DNA from: Octopus vulgaris
Lineage: Eukaryota
Direction of reading: 5' to 3'
DNA: 64,000 nucleotides
Assembly (NCBI GenBank): GCA_951406725.2
Contig: OX597814.1
Coordinates: forward strand, 10,478,001 to 10,542,000
Positions 26,161 to 41,884 of this stretch are shown piece by piece. The translations under genes were made by a program, and so were the position numbers. Numbering within the stretch: the stretch's first letter is position 1; each line of letters opens with the position of its first letter. The notes beneath the pieces are model-generated. The model was given only the letters and a program-made list of their open reading frames with translations, ran no database searches and had not been told where the DNA came from.

Positions 26161-28172
26161 AATTCACAATACGTTTTGTTATGAGCTGCAACAAGATTGC
26201 TTGTGCTTTGAATCTTGTTGAAGTTGACACACTAAATATTCTAGCATCTCCAGTTTCAAGAACACTTCCTTTAATATTACGAACATTTATATTTAATCAA
26301 GAAGAATATATGTATATAACCAAGAATAACACGACTCCACCATCATCAGTACCACCAGCGCAACAACATACAAGAGTGAGCCAACGAGTGAGACGAAGTT
26401 ATGTCGTCACTCGACAGAGCAGCCAAATCTCCCTCAAACTACAATTTTACTATCTTTAAAAAAAGATGAAAGAGTGTATTGATATTGGGTCAGAAAAAAG
26501 AGAGGACGGTTGCGGCTAATCGTCCTTACTTAAAGGGCCGCTCACCCGGTGTAAGTTGGATAACAAAATGTATAACAATATGCGTCAAAAAATGACCTCT
26601 GCGAAGTTGCTCGACTTGCTAGAAATAAGAGGTAAATGTTCCTCTAACTAAAATTAGACACACTGCAATATGTAGCCGGGAGTATACTGATTGGTAAAGG
26701 AAAGGACAGTGCAACCTTGGCTGAGAAGCCTTTTACGTATGTTCCGTCAAGCCACACTTAAGACTTATCAACCACAAAAATGTATAATAGAAACTGAACA
26801 TGGCCTTTTGGCCTGTTAAAAATAGTAGCCAAACCTTCTTCAAAACCACACACAATTGTTTTAAAAAAAAGAATAGAGGACACATTGTATATCGTAGTCC
26901 CCAGAATTAAAATGAAATGGTCACGGATGGAATATTTTTGGTAAGAGGTGTGATCGCTCGCTAACAGCCGAACTCCGTCTAAACAACAACAGCAACGGAT
27001 AAACTTGATCGCAGTTATTCGAGCTGGAAGAAATAGCAACGAGCTTCTAAAGCTACCATATTTAAGATGTTTTCGAGAAAAATTCTTATATTTATCTTTA
27101 TCTTTATTTGCAGCAACGATAAACTTGCTTGATACAGTTTAGAGGGAGTGAGGTGGAATCATCCATCCGTATGAATAACTATTTCCTCACTACACTTATT
27201 AATTAAGAAAACGGTTATTACAAAAGAAATATAATTGAATCTATTTCGAAAATACTTGCCTTGTTAATGACAAATTACTTCCGATTGTTCATGTTGACAT
27301 AGAGAAGAAACCGGATTGAGTCATCGACTGGATGTGTGGGTGGTGGTGGTGGTGGTGGTGGTGGGAGGGTACGTGTATGTGTGAAGAAGGCATCAATGTC
27401 AACTGATGATGTCGGAGATAGACACGATGTCGATAGAATGATAGTGTCAGTAGCTGAAACAATGGGGGGTTAGCGATGGGTGGTGTTAAATGGTGAAATA
27501 TGGGATGCATTTGCTGCCAGATTTCCAAACTTATGAGAACAATATCATTGGACGGACTTTCCGCCAGCCTTCTGGCATTGGTTTTATTGCAACAATGCAT
27601 TTGCTGAACATACTCGCACCAGGAAACATTTTAGCCACGATCTCTATTATCGCTGAAAGCCATTTCGGTTAAAGTGAGATTGAGTATCTATACGGTCACT
27701 CTGCCTGTTAGATATAACAGGTAAATCGCCCTCAAATTTTACCTTACTACCTTGGATAAAAAGAAGAAAGTATTTCATATATACTGGATAAATTAGTCCT
27801 AAAGCGGCGAATTAGTAAAATTGATGGAGCGCCGTATTGAATGCTATGCTTCCTTGTTTTAGCTTTCTGTGATCAAATCCTACCAAAGCCAAGTTCCTCT
27901 CGATAATCGAAAACGTTACAAATACTGTAGATGATTCTTTTTCTGTTTTTTTTTCTTTGTGTTTTATTTCTCTCTGAATTGGCTACAGCAGACGGTGTCT
28001 TGTAAAAGCACAACGGGAACCCATCTTTGGATTTTTGCACAGAAAGTCCATAACTTACACATAGTGCTTGGCATAAAAGTAACCAGTTATTATTAGATCT
28101 GATGGAGCAAGATCAAAAGGTACGAAAGTAGTTCCGACTATAATTTACTAGAAAAGAAGAGGGAATGGTCAC

Positions 28173-28482
28173 GGCGCTTCGTCAGTTACGGCGGCCAGGG
28201 TTTAAGATGATTAGATCAACGGAACAGCCTGCTCGAGAAATTAATGTACAAGTGGCTGAGCACTCTACAGATACGCATACACTGAAGGAGATTCAACGTG
28301 ACGTAGAATGTGACAAGGCTGGCCGGTTGAAGTACTGATACTACTCATTTTTGCCAGCTGAGTGGACTGGAGCAACGTGAAATAAAGTGTCTTGCTCAAA
28401 GACACAACGAGCCGCCATGTTTTGAACTCACGACCTTTCGATCGTGAGCTGAATACCCTAACCCCTCACCCACGCGCCTTCA
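28173..28482 (-). mobile_element. SINE family D (Meta/CORE-like domain)
   Basis: tRNA head with B-box GAGTTCAAAAC; core TGTGTCTTTGAGCAAGACACTTTATTTCACGTTGCTCCAGTCCACTCAGCTG. Confidence 0.75.
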
Positions 28483-29766
28483 CACAATATATTAAAACAT
28501 GCGTATATACTATCTGGAACAGAACAAAACAATAGTTACTTGTCACGTCCAGTGGTTAGACCGACTACCCGTATACTATGGGTCGGCCTGAAAAGAGTCA
28601 CACAGCAAGAACAACAATAACATCATCAACAGCAACAATGATTCAGGTGAAAGAAGAATAATTTGTAATTCCTCCTCAACTTTCATTGCTATGTCAAGCA
28701 TATTCATATCAATATGTACAACTTTTCTAACGTCGTTAAAAAAATGAATAAACTTTATTTAACGTTCGTTTGTTCTGATTTAACTTTCAAAAAACCATTG
28801 GAGAGAAATGATGTAGCAGAAGAAATCTTTCTTGGACATTATATTAAATACGAGGAAACTGGTTATGACCTCATGTTCCATGGATTCCGTCTGGAGAGAA
28901 TGGAGTTGATTAGTAAGAAAATTAATACTCAGAGGTATCTTATGCTAAACCAACATAAAGAGTATTCTACTGCCGAAGCATATTTAGAATTTAAGAAGTT
29001 CCAAGAACCTTCTTTATTCTTATGGCTTGTCATAACCTAAATAGGTTAATTACATTTTTACAAGAAATACACGCCTTGTTTGCACTCCATCTTTCTACTT
29101 CCATTTCTATACTGCTTAGCTTGCATTTTACTGGTCAGAATTTGCATCGAAGGCGAATGGACTAGAAGCACTATCGGGGCGAATGGGCTAGAAACACTAT
29201 CAGTGTTATCCAGATTTCAAACAAGTAGTATTTGTTGGAGTAGACTCCAGGAGACTGTGTCTATACCCCGAGAAACCATGTAGACACGCGCACAGAAATT
29301 AGCATTTATTTGTATTGATTAGCCTAGATATATGCATGCATATAGTTTCTTTTTTTTTCTCCCGTGCTGAAAGGGCAATCCTGTTTTTCTCGGAGTTATC
29401 TCGCTTATGTATAAACCAAGGACCCGTGCAGGCACACACACAAAAATTCATATTCATTAGTATAGGAATATAGTCACTCACACACGTGATCATGATGTAT
29501 GTTAACTATATCTGAGTAACGACGACTTATTTCAAAGATGTAAAATTCTTGGATGCTACCAAAAAAGACTGCAAATTGAGGACAAACGTAAGCCACGAAA
29601 TAGCTGAAAAGTTCTAGAACTAGGCATGCTTTGCTAGAATAAATACTTAATTTAGAAAAAAAAAGATTAAGTACAAGGATTGATTTGTTTGTCTAAAACA
29701 CTCAGGGTGGTACCTCAGCCACGGTTCAATGACTAAAACAATAAATAAATAAAAGATGAAAGATTT

Positions 29767-29820
<54 letters not shown>

Positions 29821-29977
29821 CAGTAAATCATAAATCCACAAGAGAAACACATTTAAGTTATAGTTACAGATAAAGGTAGTTAAAGACAGTTAACTAGATT
29901 TATCATATATATATATATATATATATATACTTGTATATATTTATACATATATGTGTGTATGTATGTACATATATATA

Positions 29978-30173
29978 TTAATTTTATAAATGAGGGTGAA
30001 AAATTGATATTAGTTAAATAATACCATTAATTTAACACCGAGTGGCTTAGCACAAAAAACTACGGAGAAAATACAAATTTATACATAAATTATTAGAGAG
30101 TTAACCACTATGTGGATAGCTCTAGCACTAGAGCTATCCACATAGTGGTTAACTCTCTAATAATTTATGTATA
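29978..30173. mobile_element. (TA)n-embedded fold-back element
   Basis: Perfect 46-bp arms at 30080-30125 and 30128-30173 with a 2-nt loop. Terminal motif ATGAG-GGTG...CACC-GAGTGG. Confidence 0.75.
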
Positions 30174-30978
30174 TACATATATATATATACATACACACAC
30201 ATTCATACATATATACATACAAACACACATACGCGCACACACAGAGGCATAAATATATATGAAGACAGAAAAAGTGTATTCCCACGTAGGAAAAAATATT
30301 GGATAATTAGTTTGAAGCTTGTAAATGCACTTAATCTCAAAATTTGTAGTCGTTTTAAAATTTTGTAATACATTTATTGAAATGCCAAACCGATTTCGGC
30401 AATTTCTGTTTATATATTATCATTTACCGTAGGTATAGCATAATATTAACTGATGGATGACAAAGGAGCAGCACTCAAGTTATGGCTTACAGCTGTTTCT
30501 GATACACAAAGCAGTGCACTCAGGGCAATCCATCCATCCATCCATCGGTACAAACATACATGTATAAATACATACATAAACATATACATATATACATGCA
30601 TATACTTATACATTTAAACACATACACAAATAAACATATATATATATATGTATTTATATATGATCAAAAAACACTCTCACACATGTATGTGTGTCTATGT
30701 GCGTGTGTGCGTACGTGTGTGTGTGTGTGTGTGTGTATGTGTGTGTGTGCGTGGAAAAAAACAGTAGAAAACTCAAAAGCAAGAAGGAAACGCAAATGTA
30801 CAAGAGGATGTACGAGAGAATGAGAATGTAAGAGTAGAAATGGATAGAAAAGATGGATGATAGAGAGGAGGAGGAGGAGGAGGAGGAGAGAAAAGAATGT
30901 GCTAGCGGTGCGGGCATCAGGGATGATGAATGTGTTTGTCTTATACCGCAGATAGAAGCGCCATTTTGCATACATATA

Positions 30979-31011
<33 letters not shown>

Positions 31012-31666
31012 TACCCGTATATGTGTGCGTTTCGCTGTGTGTGTGTATAAGTATCTGTGTGCCCAGAGAGTGCTATTTGCTTTTGGCTACATTGTTTTTT
31101 TTTTTTGCTTTTAATGAGATTTTATATTACTCCCGCCATTGGATGTTGTGATGGCTAAAACGACACACGTGCTTGCTGGCCCGTAAAATCAAATTACTCG
31201 CGGTGTGTGTACGGGTGTGGATGCAGGGTGTGTGGTGGGATCCACTCGTACAGCCATGCCCACCTAACTATCCACATACCTACCCATCTACCTTCTTAAT
31301 TCACTCCCTCCTGCATGCACACACTTGGCAACCTCTTGCGTTCTGTATTTTTGTCTTGTCTCTCTCTCTCTGTATGCATGTAAACGTCACATACATGCAT
31401 ACGTATGTATTAAACATATGCACATACATATACACAATCATACATACATATACATATACACAAATATATATACATATACACAGATGCACATACACGTATA
31501 CATACGGACACGCTGACATAATTCATGTTATATGAATACACACATACACATAAAGAGAGACTCACACAAATTTATATATGTATTTGTATACGTGTGTGCA
31601 TTTGAGTATGCAAATATACATCTATGTATATATACACACATGTATGTACACACATACATACATATA

Positions 31667-31704
<38 letters not shown>

Positions 31705-32031
31705 TATATACATATATATGTATATATATATAGACATATATACATATATATATAGACATATATATGTATATATATATAGACATATATACATATATATATA
31801 TATAGACATATATATATATGTGTATATATAGACATATATACATATACATATATATATATGTATATATATATAAAATATATATATATGTATATATATATAA
31901 ACATATATATATCTATGTATATATGTATGTATATATATATAAATATATATATATATATGTATATATATATAAACATATATATATCTATGTATATATGTAT
32001 GTATATATATGTATATGCATATATATGTGTG

Positions 32032-32094
<63 letters not shown>

Positions 32095-32563
32095 GTTTTC
32101 AGCATTCTGGTTTGCCTTCAGCATATCGGCCAGGGTCATACAGGAACACCGTGTCTGATTTTATATGCTCATATCTATAAGTCTTTGACATTGACAATGT
32201 GTGAATAAAGATATGTTTTGGCAGAAAACAGGATCTATGTGCATGTCCACATATATATATATGTTTTTATTCGTACTCATTTGTGTGTATGTATCTAGCT
32301 GCGTATTTGTGTGTATGTATGTGGCTGCGTATTTGTGTGTATATATGTTTATGTGTATGCTATTGTTTATATGCATCGATGGCTGTGTATATGAGTATCT
32401 GTGAATGAGTGTGCGTGCGTGTACTTGTGTTAGTGCACATATATGTATGTATATATCTATTCACATACACACATATACATATATAATATGTATGTGCATG
32501 TGTGTATGTGTGGGTCTGTACGTGTGCGTATATCTCTGTCTGCCTGTGTGTGTGTGTGTGTAT

Positions 32564-32629
<66 letters not shown>

Positions 32630-32760
32630 GTCTGGCTTATAATTGCCATCATAGAAGCCATGAAACATGAAATGACCACTTGTCTTCATATCAGACTCCA
32701 TTAGATAATGAAATATTGACCAAACCTCTTCCGTGCCTGCTTCCGTCATATCACACACAC

Positions 32761-32807
<47 letters not shown>

Positions 32808-33630
32808 TGCGCTGATACACGCACAGGATCATGCGCTGATACACGCACAGGATCAGCTATTGATACATACACATACACACACACACACATATATATATGT
32901 GTGTATATGTAAAGATATGTCTACACAATACATGTAAATAAGCATATATATCTATATTAAATATATACCCACATACACTCACACACAAACACAGAAATAC
33001 ATGCAATCACATATACATACATAACCAGCGATGCACACACACATACACACACGCACACATACACACAAACACGCACAAACAGATTCATACACAGACACAG
33101 CCAGGCGCTCCTGCACTCCTCATATTCACACACATACATAGAAAGGCAGCTATGCAGACTTATCTTTGCACACACATTATCTCACGTCATCACATCTAAC
33201 ATCCACACACCCACACATACAAATACAAATACAAATACACACACACACACACAACCGCACTCACAGATGCACATACAATTATATTTATACCAATACACAG
33301 GCACACGCACACACACACAAATACACACACACACACACATATAAATACAGCTATGCACGGACTCATCTTAACACGTATATTACCTCCACGTCTTATCGTA
33401 TCTAACAACCACAACATACACAAATCAGCCAGACACACACACACACACACATACTGCGAAAAGACAAGCGCAAGCGCACACACACACACACAAACACAAA
33501 CAGATGCACATGTGCACACGTATATATTCACTCAGATAACAGGCGCATGCACAAACACATATAAACAGTCACGCACAAATTCGCCCTCACACGAACACTA
33601 GCTTCTCACGCTCACGCGCAGACACACAGA

Positions 33631-33997
<367 letters not shown>

Positions 33998-34168
33998 GCA
34001 CGCACATACATACAAGCGTATAATCAGCCTTTAGCCACCCTCACACATCCATATAACCCGTTCCCATACAATCACTATAACCCGTTCCCATACAATCACT
34101 ATATTAACATGTATCACTGTTAATTTCCATCTCTCTCTATTGCTTCAGACTTTTCCAAGCATTAATAA

Positions 34169-34565
34169 GGCGCAGGAGTGGCTGTGTGGTAAGTAGCTTG
34201 CTAACCAACCACATGGTTTCGGGTTCAGTCCCACTGCGTGGCGCCTTGTGCAAGTGTCTTCTGCTATAGCACCGGGCCGACCAATGCCTTGTGAGTGGAT
34301 TTGGTAGATGGAAACTGAAAGAAGCCTGTCGTATACATGTATATACATATGTATATGTGTGTGTTTGTGTGTCTGTGTTTGTCCCCCTAGCATTCCTTGA
34401 CAACCGATGCTGGTGTGTTTACGTCCCCGTCACTTAGCGGTTCGGCAAAAGAGACCGATAGAATAAGTACTGGGCTTACAAAGAATAAGTCCCGGGGTCG
34501 ATTTGCTCTCGACTAAAGGAAGTGCTCCAGCATGGCCGCAGTCAAATGACTGAAATAAATAAAAC
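34169..34565 (+). mobile_element. SINE family A, full length
   Basis: Near-identical to 13444-13850. Confidence 0.9.
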
Positions 34566-34631
34566 AAAAAATAAAAGAAAAAAGTATATACGTAGTTCTC
34601 AAATATGTATATATAGTCCTTTCTTTCTCCT

Positions 34632-34766
<135 letters not shown>

Positions 34767-35163
34767 CCTATCTATCTGTCTTCCCTCCCTGCATATATCA
34801 TTCCTCGTTCAATAATTATAACTCTCTCCTCTGTCTTGCAATATAAATGTACTCAGCCTCTGCTCTCTCTTTCTCTGCATTTCTCTGCCTCGGCGTTTAC
34901 TTGTGAGGTGACGTCCTGCACGAGAGGGTAGGGGACAGAGTGCAATGATCGGAACGTGAGGGGAGAACGTGTGGAAATGATGAGAAAAAAAGACACGGAT
35001 ATGGGAATGTGATGATTTGATATATTTATATAAATATGCATATATACATATGTGTGTGTGTGTCTCTCTGTGTGTGCATGTATATATTAGTGTTCCAGTA
35101 TGACCGCAGCTGCGCGGCTAAAACGAATAAAAGAATAAAAGAATCTCTCTTTCTGTACATATC

Positions 35164-35229
<66 letters not shown>

Positions 35230-35410
35230 ATTGATAGAAATGGCAAGACAACTAAAGAATGAAAGAGACCTCGATATTGTGAAAATAGATGAATTTATCT
35301 GTAAATATAATAATGACAATTATTCGGTAGCCATGATAAAACTTCGAATTTCTTATGTCAGGGCGGAAACCCACGCCGGCATCTCTTCAGTTATCGGGTC
35401 ATCTAAAAAA
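35230..35410 (-). mobile_element. Diverged copy of the 868-1143 hammerhead element
   Basis: Colinear with 866-1034. On the - strand at 35335-35395: GAUAA CUGAAGA GAUG...CAU AA GAA AUUCGAAGU U UUAUC. Confidence 0.75.
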
Positions 35411-35703
35411 GTGCAATGAAAATTACCGTTAAAACAAAGGGGAATTACTGTGTGATCGACCGTTATTAAGACAAAAGAGCTATGTTACTCCCTTACGTCT
35501 ACCTTTACAGCCAAATACACAACGCCACACGCCTTCACACACAAATACACACACACACACACCTGTATCGAACAGTGAGGAGGAGTGCTCAATACTGCAT
35601 TGGTGGTGAATAAATATTTCTACTTGTGGCTTAACTAGCCTGGTTATGTGTGTGTCTGTATATATGTCTTTGGGTGAATATATAATATATATATATATAT
35701 ATA

Positions 35704-35759
<56 letters not shown>

Positions 35760-36394
35760 GTGTGTGTGTGTGTGTCTGTGTGTCGGTGCTTATATACATA
35801 TGAGTGTATCTGTGTGTGTATGTCTGTAGATATACAACTGTGTTTTTACAAACTGTATTTGAATATTTTATAGCTTCGTGAGACCCAATTATCGTAACTT
35901 TCACGAAATCTCTGGAAGAGCTGAGGCTTGAAATAATTCATTTCAATTTGATTCCGGAAGCAGTACGTAAAACATGGGAGGTAAAGAGTATACAAGAGGG
36001 AGAAGAATATTTTAGGAAGGATTGAAGTTTGTTAGTTAGAGGTGTGGAAACTTGAAATGTGAATGGTAACACACATTAAGACGAGACGAGTACATCGCAT
36101 TTGCGTATGCAAGTATGTATCAATATACATACAAGCATATATCTCATAGCCGGCCGCCAACACTTTTTTCTGCAAAATAAGGGTAATATTATTAGCACTA
36201 TCCTGCGTTTGAGAATTTAAAATCACTTCTTTAACATTCTAAGACATCTCCACGTTTCTAAAGCAAACTTCGTTTGTTTGTTTCTGTTCATCGTAAGTTA
36301 AATTTATATATATTTGTTATATCCCATCATCGGAGACGGTGTGAGAAGATGGTTAAGTAATAGTTAATTTAGATAAGAAACAAAATAGAGAGTG

Positions 36395-36614
36395 CCATAT
36401 CGCGGTGCAGCTATTGCGACTCGGTACACGCGGTTCACATATCGTGCACTCAGTACATTGCGGATTTTCCTGGCTAGTATATGTAAATTTTTATCGCGGA
36501 CTCCTCGGTATATCGCGGGTTTCTGTGGCCGACAGGTATTTATATTTGTTAGATTTTAATTATTTCTGTGGGAGGTTTTGGAACGTAACACCCACGATAA
36601 TCGAGGGATTACTG
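36395..36614. mobile_element. Tc1/mariner-pogo (Tigger-like) DNA transposon end
   Basis: The reverse complement begins CAGTAATCCCTCGATTATC..GTTACGTTCC, resembling pogo/Tigger TIRs. Partner TIR not seen. Confidence 0.45.
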
Positions 36615-36619
36615 CATAA

Positions 36620-36711
<92 letters not shown>

Positions 36712-36754
36712 ATATATATATATACGTGTTTCTCTTGTTTTTAAATGTACACTG

Positions 36755-36810
<56 letters not shown>

Positions 36811-36813
<3 letters not shown>

Positions 36814-36998
36814 CAATAATAATAAGGGTAAAATTAATTAATTAGTAATTGCTAATTTTACCAAGTAGTGTCCAGTATGTAAAAAGACCATTTACGGTAT
36901 ATTTAAACCATTACTTTATATAATTAGGGTTCAGCAAAAAAAGTTCGCTGTGTGGTAAAGTAAATTTTTTTGCTGAACCCTAATTGTATAAAGTAATG
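36811..36998. mobile_element. (TA)n-embedded fold-back element
   Basis: 34-bp arms at 36909-36942 and 36965-36998 (one mismatch). Terminal hairpin GGTAAAATTA/TAATTTTACC followed by AAGTAG. Confidence 0.7.
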
Positions 36999-37000
36999 CT

Positions 37001-37032
<32 letters not shown>

Positions 37033-37132
37033 CTCACTCACAGATTACCACACACGCGTGTTTGTATATATACATATATATATACATATATATATATACA
37101 TACATACATACATGCATACATGCATACATACA

Positions 37133-37166
<34 letters not shown>

Positions 37167-37228
37167 CATTCACACATACATGCATACATACATACATACA
37201 TACATACATACATACATACATACATACA

Positions 37229-37261
<33 letters not shown>

Positions 37262-37648
37262 GCGTTTGCGTACGTATATTTGCCTGGTTGCTATTAATTT
37301 ATTCACGGTGTTGTTTATTGCTTGCACTCACTTTCGTTGTTTCTGATGCTACAACTCCTGCTGTTGTCACTACTACTGCTAGTCTTGTTGTTGTTGTTGT
37401 TATGGTTGGTGGTGGTGATGTTGTTGCTGACGTTGTTGTTGATGTCGGTGGTTACGCTACTGAGTTGTGAGCTCTCCTCTGAGTTATGGCTACCTATGGG
37501 CATTGGTGACACGAGCGGCATCGTGTTACATCTAATGAGCTGAAGAGATGAATGTCGGCTCAATATCTTTGTAACTTCAAACTGCAAGTGTTAGCGGCAA
37601 TTAAACGAAATCAAAACCAACACTGCAACGCCAACAACGCTGAGAGTG

Positions 37649-37762
<114 letters not shown>

Positions 37763-37934
37763 AAGATGAATGGGAGAAAGAGAAGGAGGAGGATAAAGAT
37801 GGAGATCGTGCCTTTATTAAGTACAAGAGCAAATAATATTAGACGTTTAAATTTAGCAGGCACATCAGCCAAAGACAATCGTTGTGAGTTATATATGTTT
37901 AGATAGATCACACACCACCAATTTCTTTTAAGGA

Positions 37935-37995
<61 letters not shown>

Positions 37996-38140
37996 TATGT
38001 GTGTGTGTGAGTGTGAATGTGTATACATACATATATTCATACATACATATATATGTGCAAGTGTGTATGTATGTATATGTATATATTTGTATGTTTCTGT
38101 GTTTATACATGTATATGTGTGTGTGTGTTTGTGCTTGTAC

Positions 38141-38182
<42 letters not shown>

Positions 38183-38349
38183 ATATCAGTAGAGAGAGAG
38201 AGATATATTATATTTATATATATCTTTGTATGTATGTAAGTATGAATGTATGTATGTATGCATGTATGCATGCATGTATGTATTCATGTATGCATGTATG
38301 TATGTATGTATGTATGTATGCATGCATATATGTATTCATGTATGTACGC

Positions 38350-38382
<33 letters not shown>

Positions 38383-38790
38383 TGTATGTATGTATGTATG
38401 TACGCATGTTGGTATATATGGTACAAACTTATTGTCATTCAGAATCTCACATATTCTATGCATTATTTTTTTTCCCGTTGCTGAAACTCAGAAGACTATT
38501 AAAAATGAAGAATGAAATTTGCTATATTAGGAGCGTACGCTAAATATGTTTGTATGTATATTATAATGAACACTGACATCAGACATGGAAATATTTGTAT
38601 GTTTTCAGGCTTTGTTTTGATATCCAAGTATTATCACTGCATAGTCTTTATATAGTGAATTTCATGTAACGTTATCCCTATTTTTGCGCAAGTCGAGGAT
38701 GAGGTATTCGGAGTAACGAGTTGTGATAATTCAGCTCGTAATAAATTATATGTACTTACTTACATAAGCGCGCACATACGCACACTCAAG

Positions 38791-38822
38791 TATGTATGTA
38801 TGTATGTATGTATGTATGTATG

Positions 38823-38856
<34 letters not shown>

Positions 38857-39030
38857 TGTATGTATGTATGTATGTATGTATGTATGTATGTATGTATGCA
38901 TGTATGTGTGTGTGTATGTATGTATGTATGTATGTATGTATGTATGTATGTATGTATGTATGTATGTATGCATGTATGTGTGTGTGTATGTATGTATGTA
39001 TGTATGTATGTATGTATGTATGTATGTATT

Positions 39031-39064
<34 letters not shown>

Positions 39065-39131
39065 TGTATGTATGTATGTATGTATGTATGTATGTATGTA
39101 TGTATGTACGTATGTATGTATGTATGTATGC

Positions 39132-39164
<33 letters not shown>

Positions 39165-40274
39165 TGTATGTATGTACGTACGTACGTATGTATGTATGTA
39201 TGTATGTATGTATGTATGTATGTATGTATGTATGTATGTATGTATGTATGTATGTATGTATGTATGTATGTATGTATGTATGTATGTATGTATGTATGTA
39301 CTTACATATAAGAGAATAAGGTGTACGTACGCCGCAATAATATATATATGAAAATACAAAATGGGACAAGAACGCAAATCATTCAAACGGACGATACAAA
39401 AAACACGGACAGATCATTCGAAGCCTCTAATCTTCAGTCAAGAACCGGATCATCTTCGCAATTTCGGCTATGTATGTATGTATGTATGTATGTATGTATG
39501 TATGTATGTATGTATGTATGTATGTATGTATGTATGTATGTATGTATGTATGTATGTATGTATGTATGTATGTATGTATGTATGTATGTATGTATGTATG
39601 TATGGATGCATGTATGTATGTATGTATGTATGTATGTATGTATGTATTATGTATGTATGTATGTATGTATGTATGTATGTATGTATGTATGTATGTATGC
39701 ATGCATGTATGTATGTATGTATGTATGTATGTTTGTATGTATGTACGTATGTATGTATGTATGTATGTATGTATGTATGTATGTATGTATGTATGTATGT
39801 ATGTATGTATGTATGTATGTATGTATGTATGTATGTATGCATGTATGTATGTATGCATGTATGTATGTATGTATGTATGTATTATGTATGTATGTATGTA
39901 TGTATGTATGTATGTATGTATGTATGTATGTATGTATGTATGTATGTATGTATGTATGTATGTATGTATGTATGTATGTATGTATGTATGTATGTATGTA
40001 TGTATGTATGTATGTATGTATGTATGTATGTATGTATGTATGTATGTATGTATGTATGTATGTATGTATGTATGTATGTATGTATGTATGTATGTATGTA
40101 TGTATGTATGTATGTATGTATGTATGTATGTATGTATGTATGTATGTATGTATGTATGTATGTATGCTTGTATGTATGTATGTATGTATGTATGCATGTA
40201 TGTATGTATGTATGTATGTATGTATGTATGTATGTATGTATGTATGTATGTATGTATGTATGTATGTATGTATG

Positions 40275-40308
<34 letters not shown>

Positions 40309-41309
40309 TGCATGTATGTATGTATGTATGTATGTATGCATGTATGTATGTATGTATGTATGTATGTATGTATGTATGTATGTATGTATGTATGTATGTA
40401 TGTATGTATGTATGTATGTATGTATGTATGTATGTATGTATGTATGTATGTATGTATGTATGTATGTATGTATGTATGTATGTATGTATGTATGTATGTA
40501 TGTATGTATGTATGTATGTATGTATGTATGTATGTATGTATGTATGTATGTATGTATGTATGTATGTATGTATGTATGTATGTATGTATGTATGTATGTA
40601 TGTATGTATGTATGTATGTATGTATGTATGTATGTATGTATGTATGTATGTATGCATGTATGTATGTATGTATGTATGTATGTATGTATGTATGTATTAT
40701 GTATGTATGTATGTATGTATGTATGTATGCATGTATGTATGTATGTATGTATGTATGTATGTATGTATGTATGTATGTATGTATGTATGTATGTATGTAT
40801 GTATGTATGTATGTATGTATGTATGTATGTATGTATGTATGTATGTATGTACGTATGTATGTATGTATGTATGTATGTATGTATGTATGTATGTATGTAT
40901 GTATGTATGTATGTATGTATGTATGTATGTATGTATGTATGTATGTATGTATGTATGTATGTATGTATGTATGTATGTATGTATGTATGTATGTATGTAT
41001 GTATGTATGTATGTATGTATGTATGTATGTATGTATGTATGTATGTATGTATGTATGTATGTATGTATGTATGTATGTATGTATGTATGTATGTATGTAT
41101 GTATGTATGTATGTATGTATGTATGTATGTATGTATGTATGTATGTATGTATGTATGTATGTATGTATGTATGTATGTATGTATGTATGTATGTATGTAT
41201 GTATGTATGTATGTATGTATGTATGTATGTATGTATGTATGTATGTATGTATGTATGTATGTATGTATGTATGTATGTATGTATGTATGTATGTATGTAT
41301 GTATGTATG

Positions 41310-41341
<32 letters not shown>

Positions 41342-41639
41342 TGTATGTATGTATGTATGTATGTATGTATGTATGTATGTATGTATGTATGTATGTATGT
41401 ATGTATGTATGTATGTATGTATGTATGTATGTATGTATGTATGTATGTATGTATGTATGTATGTATGTATGTATGTATGTATGTATGTATGTATGTATGT
41501 ATGTATGTATGTATGTATGTATGTATGTATGTATGTATGTATGTATGTATGTATGTATGTATGTATGTATGCATGTATGTATGTATGTATGTATGTATGT
41601 ATGCATGTATGTATGTATGTATGTATGTATGTATGTATG

Positions 41640-41673
<34 letters not shown>

Positions 41674-41791
41674 TGTATGCATGTATGTATGTATGCATGT
41701 ATGTATGTATGTATGTATGTATGTATGTATGTATGTACGTATGTATGTATGTATGCATGTATGTATGTATGCATGCATGTATGTATGTATG
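38791..41791. repeat. ~3-kb (TATG)n satellite-like array, interrupted at 39301-39468
   Basis: Direct reading; source of the spurious 800-aa MYVC ORFs. Confidence 0.97.
39349..39469 (-). mobile_element. Microsatellite-embedded repeat fragment (family shared with 43359-43497)
   Basis: The reverse complement aligns with 43371-43496 (AGCCGAAATTGCGA..GACTGAAGAT..GCGTTCTTGTCCCA). Confidence 0.75.
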
Positions 41792-41884
41792 TGTGCAGAT
41801 TTGTATGTCTTGTATTATATATGTATTCTCATGCATATAGTTGCATATCTAGACATGTTCATTCATATGCAAAGGATAAACTTC

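Noticed and set aside
27403-27436. CTGATGA-TGTC..GACA possible hammerhead
   Set aside because: No GAAA and no convincing stems I or III.
28714-29040. 108-aa ORF with faint Tc1-transposase-like wording
   Set aside because: No catalytic motif is recognisable; it needs a profile search.
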